Virus record (IMG/VR): IMGVR_UViG_3300018405_000745
Coordinates: 1 to 6,712 of that record
Length of the DNA stretch: 6,712 nt
Source of the DNA: a virus
Reading direction: 5' to 3' (one strand)
In this document: in pieces, positions 4,949 to 6,712 of the stretch
Numbering within the stretch: the first letter of the stretch is position 1
Layout of the letters: each line of letters begins with the position of its first letter
Notes under the pieces: generated by a model
What the model was told of the DNA's origin: nothing
Seen by the model: the letters and a program-made list of their open reading frames with translations, nothing else
Databases searched by the model: none
Made by a program: the position numbers and the translations under genes

Positions 4949-5326
4949 ATGCACGAAAAGAGCCCACCAACTACCGTCGAGTGGTTGGATTTGGTGAAGG
5001 AGCGTTGCGGAGTCGGGAGTGACTACAAGCTGGCCGAGCTACTGGGCGTCACACGCCAAGCAATCAGCCAGCAGAGAGCGGGGAAGCAGTGCATGTCGAT
5101 CATGTCAGCAGTGCGAGTTGCCGAGGCGCTGAAGCTGCCTTCGCAGGCCGTGATTGCTGGCGTGATGTACTACGGAGACCGGGAGACGAATCGCGGATTT
5201 TGGGCGGATCGATGGGCCCGTGCATGGCCAGCAGTTCAAAAACGAATCGTGCAACCGCCTCATGGCCACCAGTCTCAGCCAATCGGAGCAGAACAGCGCG
5301 CGCCTGATATGGCTGGCGAAGGATGA
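4949..5326 (+). CDS. HTH DNA-binding regulator (XRE/CI-like repressor candidate), 125 aa
   Basis: The helix-turn-helix reads DYKLAELLGVTRQAISQQRAG. A GGGAG Shine-Dalgarno element lies 5 nt before the ATG. It is the only credible plus-strand gene and is divergent from the structural operon, like repressors of temperate inoviruses. Confidence 0.75.
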   Translation: MHEKSPPTTVEWLDLVKERCGVGSDYKLAELLGVTRQAISQQRAGKQCMSIMSAVRVAEALKLPSQAVIAGVMYYGDRETNRGFWADRWARAWPAVQKRIVQPPHGHQSQPIGAEQRAPDMAGEG

Positions 5327-6470
5327 TCCGCCACTGATCGCGGGTGACCTGCGAGACGCGCAAAGCGGTAGCAATCTCTTCCTGGTTGATTTCCTCATCG
5401 GTCTGGTCGGCGATCTGAAAAAGCGCCTTGAGGCCGGGAGTCCAGCGAAGCTGGTTGTAGCCCTTGAATGCAGCAGAAAACTCAGCAAACAGCGCGCCGG
5501 AACGGGCATCGCCTTCGGCGTAGGAGCGGAGCAGATCAAAGGGCGTGCGACCCTTGCCAGTCCCGCGCTTGGAATTCGCCTTGGTCACTTCGCTGGCCGC
5601 TTCCCATCGGGGTTCGGTGCCCCACTTGGCGACATACTCCGCAGCCGACTCGGCCTGCTGAATGTGCACGCCACGCTCCCTGGACGGAGCCGGGAGACCA
5701 GCAGCGACGGACGAAGTTTTCCAGACGGCAAACAGCAGGCGATGGAGCATGGCGCGCTGGCGAACCGTCAGCGGCTCGGGGAACAGCCAGAGTTCGTGGA
5801 AGTGCGGGTGCCAGCCGTTGGCGTTACCGTGCGTTACCTCTAAGGCCCGAATCGAACCCACCACGTCGAACAACTCGCGGAGGTGCTTGTAATCGCGATG
5901 CTCGCGCATTTTCTTCGTCGCTACGCGGAGCTTGCCCATCAGCTCGGAAAGCACATCCATGCGCGCATGGCGCACAGTGAGCGTGACCATTTCGACCCCG
6001 CCACCGGCTGAAATGTGCGTGTCGATTGCCTGACGCACTTCCAGTTTGCGACGTTCCGAGATTTTGGCGGAGCAGATCGGGCAGGACCAGACAGAAGAGC
6101 AGGTCTGAAGGCCCGAGTAGTGAGCCTTGCCAGTGGCGGAATCCTTCAGGATGCCGACAAACCCGTCCTTGTTGGTGAGCGTTCGAATGCAATGCCTGAC
6201 GCGATGGTCTGGCAGGAGCCGCCGAGCGGCGTCCTGAAGCGAAAAACGCGCTTCGCGGGCCTGTTCTGGCGTGAACTCGGGTACAAACTCACGACGCTTG
6301 TTGTCGAACGTAAACCGTTGAATTTCCCCGGTTTTCTCGTCGACAACCTCCTTAATTCTGGCCGCGAATTTCGCAGTAGTAACAAGGGCGCCTCCGGCGG
6401 CCCGCGCTTCGCTTGCGGGACCGCCCGGATGCGCCTTTCGCACCTGGGCGCTTTCTGTTATAGAATCCAC
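5100..6470 (-). CDS. HUH-superfamily rolling-circle replication initiator, 456 aa with a GTG start
   Basis: The motifs run in the order CSSVWSCPIC (Cys cluster), VTLTV, HPHFH (HUH, nt 5796-5810), then AAEYVAKW (candidate catalytic Tyr, nt 5634-5636). This order resembles pC194/pUB110-type (Rep_1-like) initiators. The start is uncertain. The GTG at 6470 has GAGG 7 nt upstream, and no ATG occurs before residue 161. Confidence 0.85.
   Translation of the reverse strand: MDSITESAQVRKAHPGGPASEARAAGGALVTTAKFAARIKEVVDEKTGEIQRFTFDNKRREFVPEFTPEQAREARFSLQDAARRLLPDHRVRHCIRTLTNKDGFVGILKDSATGKAHYSGLQTCSSVWSCPICSAKISERRKLEVRQAIDTHISAGGGVEMVTLTVRHARMDVLSELMGKLRVATKKMREHRDYKHLRELFDVVGSIRALEVTHGNANGWHPHFHELWLFPEPLTVRQRAMLHRLLFAVWKTSSVAAGLPAPSRERGVHIQQAESAAEYVAKWGTEPRWEAASEVTKANSKRGTGKGRTPFDLLRSYAEGDARSGALFAEFSAAFKGYNQLRWTPGLKALFQIADQTDEEINQEEIATALRVSQVTRDQWRIILRQPYQARAVLLRLAETGGHEAVARFVFELLAMHGPIDPPKIRDSSPGLRSTSRQQSRPAKAASAPRQLALLT
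5821..5838. repeat. Tandem GCGTTACC-GT-GCGTTACC, period 10
   Basis: There are two copies of the CGTTACC half-site found in the AGTAACGTTACC motifs. They lie inside rep, encoding HGNAN just upstream of HPHFH. Confidence 0.5.
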
Positions 6471-6492
6471 TTCAGGACCTCGACCGTCCGAG

Positions 6493-6543
6493 CCCCGCGA
6501 ATCGTTTAGCCGGCAAGCAAACGAGCAATTCGCGGGGTTTTTT
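6493..6543 (+). terminator. Long hairpin plus T6. It is an intrinsic terminator for plus-strand transcription, or an ssDNA or leader structure just upstream of rep.
   Basis: CCCCGCGAAT (6493-6502) pairs perfectly with ATTCGCGGGG (6528-6537). An inner stem pairs CGTTT with AAACG. TTTTTT follows at 6538-6543. No T-tract follows the hairpin on the minus strand. Confidence 0.55.
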
Positions 6544-6589
6544 ATTGCCTTGCCGTCAAGCGATCTTAACGGCTCCGTGTCGCCTATCC

Positions 6590-6712
6590 AACACCAAGGG
6601 CTTTGCCCTTGTCATCCCACTCTTCGCCAGAGGGTCAGAGGGCAGGGGAGAAAAGCTTTCCCCTGCCCTATGACCTAAGCTTGATCTGGTCGGAGGAGGG
6701 TCAAGGGTCGGC
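6590..6712. repeat. Right copy of the terminal direct repeat
   Basis: Identical to 1-123, with a repeat offset of 6,589 bp. Confidence 0.95.

Larger units (their letters stand above)
1..6589 (-). mobile_element. One complete unit of a filamentous-phage (Inoviridae-type) genome or replicative form, 6,589 bp. The coding (presumed viral) strand is the window minus strand.
   Basis: There is a terminal 123-bp exact overlap. The gene order is Rep, ssDNA-binding protein, small hydrophobic proteins, 44-aa coat, terminator, large secreted Cys-rich protein with C-terminal anchor, pVI-like protein, then a Zot/pI P-loop protein. Genes are tightly packed with overlapping stop/start codons. Confidence 0.85.

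Noticed and set aside
6368-6375. A dif/XerCD-type attachment site
   Set aside because: Only ATTTCGCA, inside rep, resembles the start of a XerC arm, and the following bases do not match a dif core. The AT-rich stretch at 958-985 matches the XerD arm poorly, about 6 of 11 positions. No credible 28-bp dif-like site was seen by eye.
1-6712. CRISPR arrays, tRNA or rRNA genes, IS elements and integrases
   Set aside because: No spaced repeat arrays, cloverleaf-like segments, transposase-like ORFs or recombinase-like ORFs were seen on either strand.

Overview
The window looks like one complete, circularly closed genome of a small GC-rich filamentous phage (Inoviridae-type) or its replicative or episomal form. 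Bases 1-123 are identical to 6590-6712, giving a 6,589-bp unit. Nearly all genes lie on the minus strand in canonical inovirus order: HUH rolling-circle Rep (5100-6470), putative ssDNA-binding protein (4531-4863), a 32-aa ORF missing from the supplied track (4433-4531), a 90-aa membrane protein (4164-4436), a 44-aa leaderless major coat protein also missing from the track (4025-4159), a hairpin terminator, a Cys-rich pIII-like adsorption protein (2589-3929), a pVI-like protein (2287-2580) and a pI/Zot assembly NTPase (1015-2283). After zot comes a translationally coupled two-gene module of unknown function (79 aa and 122 aa). Its promoter is bracketed by exact copies of a 12-bp motif containing a palindrome. 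The only convincing plus-strand gene is an HTH regulator (4949-5326). It is divergent from the structural operon and overlaps the 3' end of rep convergently by 227 nt. About 430 bp of non-coding DNA (6471-6589 joined to 1-309) carries several hairpins and short repeats and is the candidate origin, packaging or attachment region. I found no secretin, integrase, tRNA, rRNA or CRISPR. Family assignments rest on motifs and gene order read by eye, and no database search was possible.
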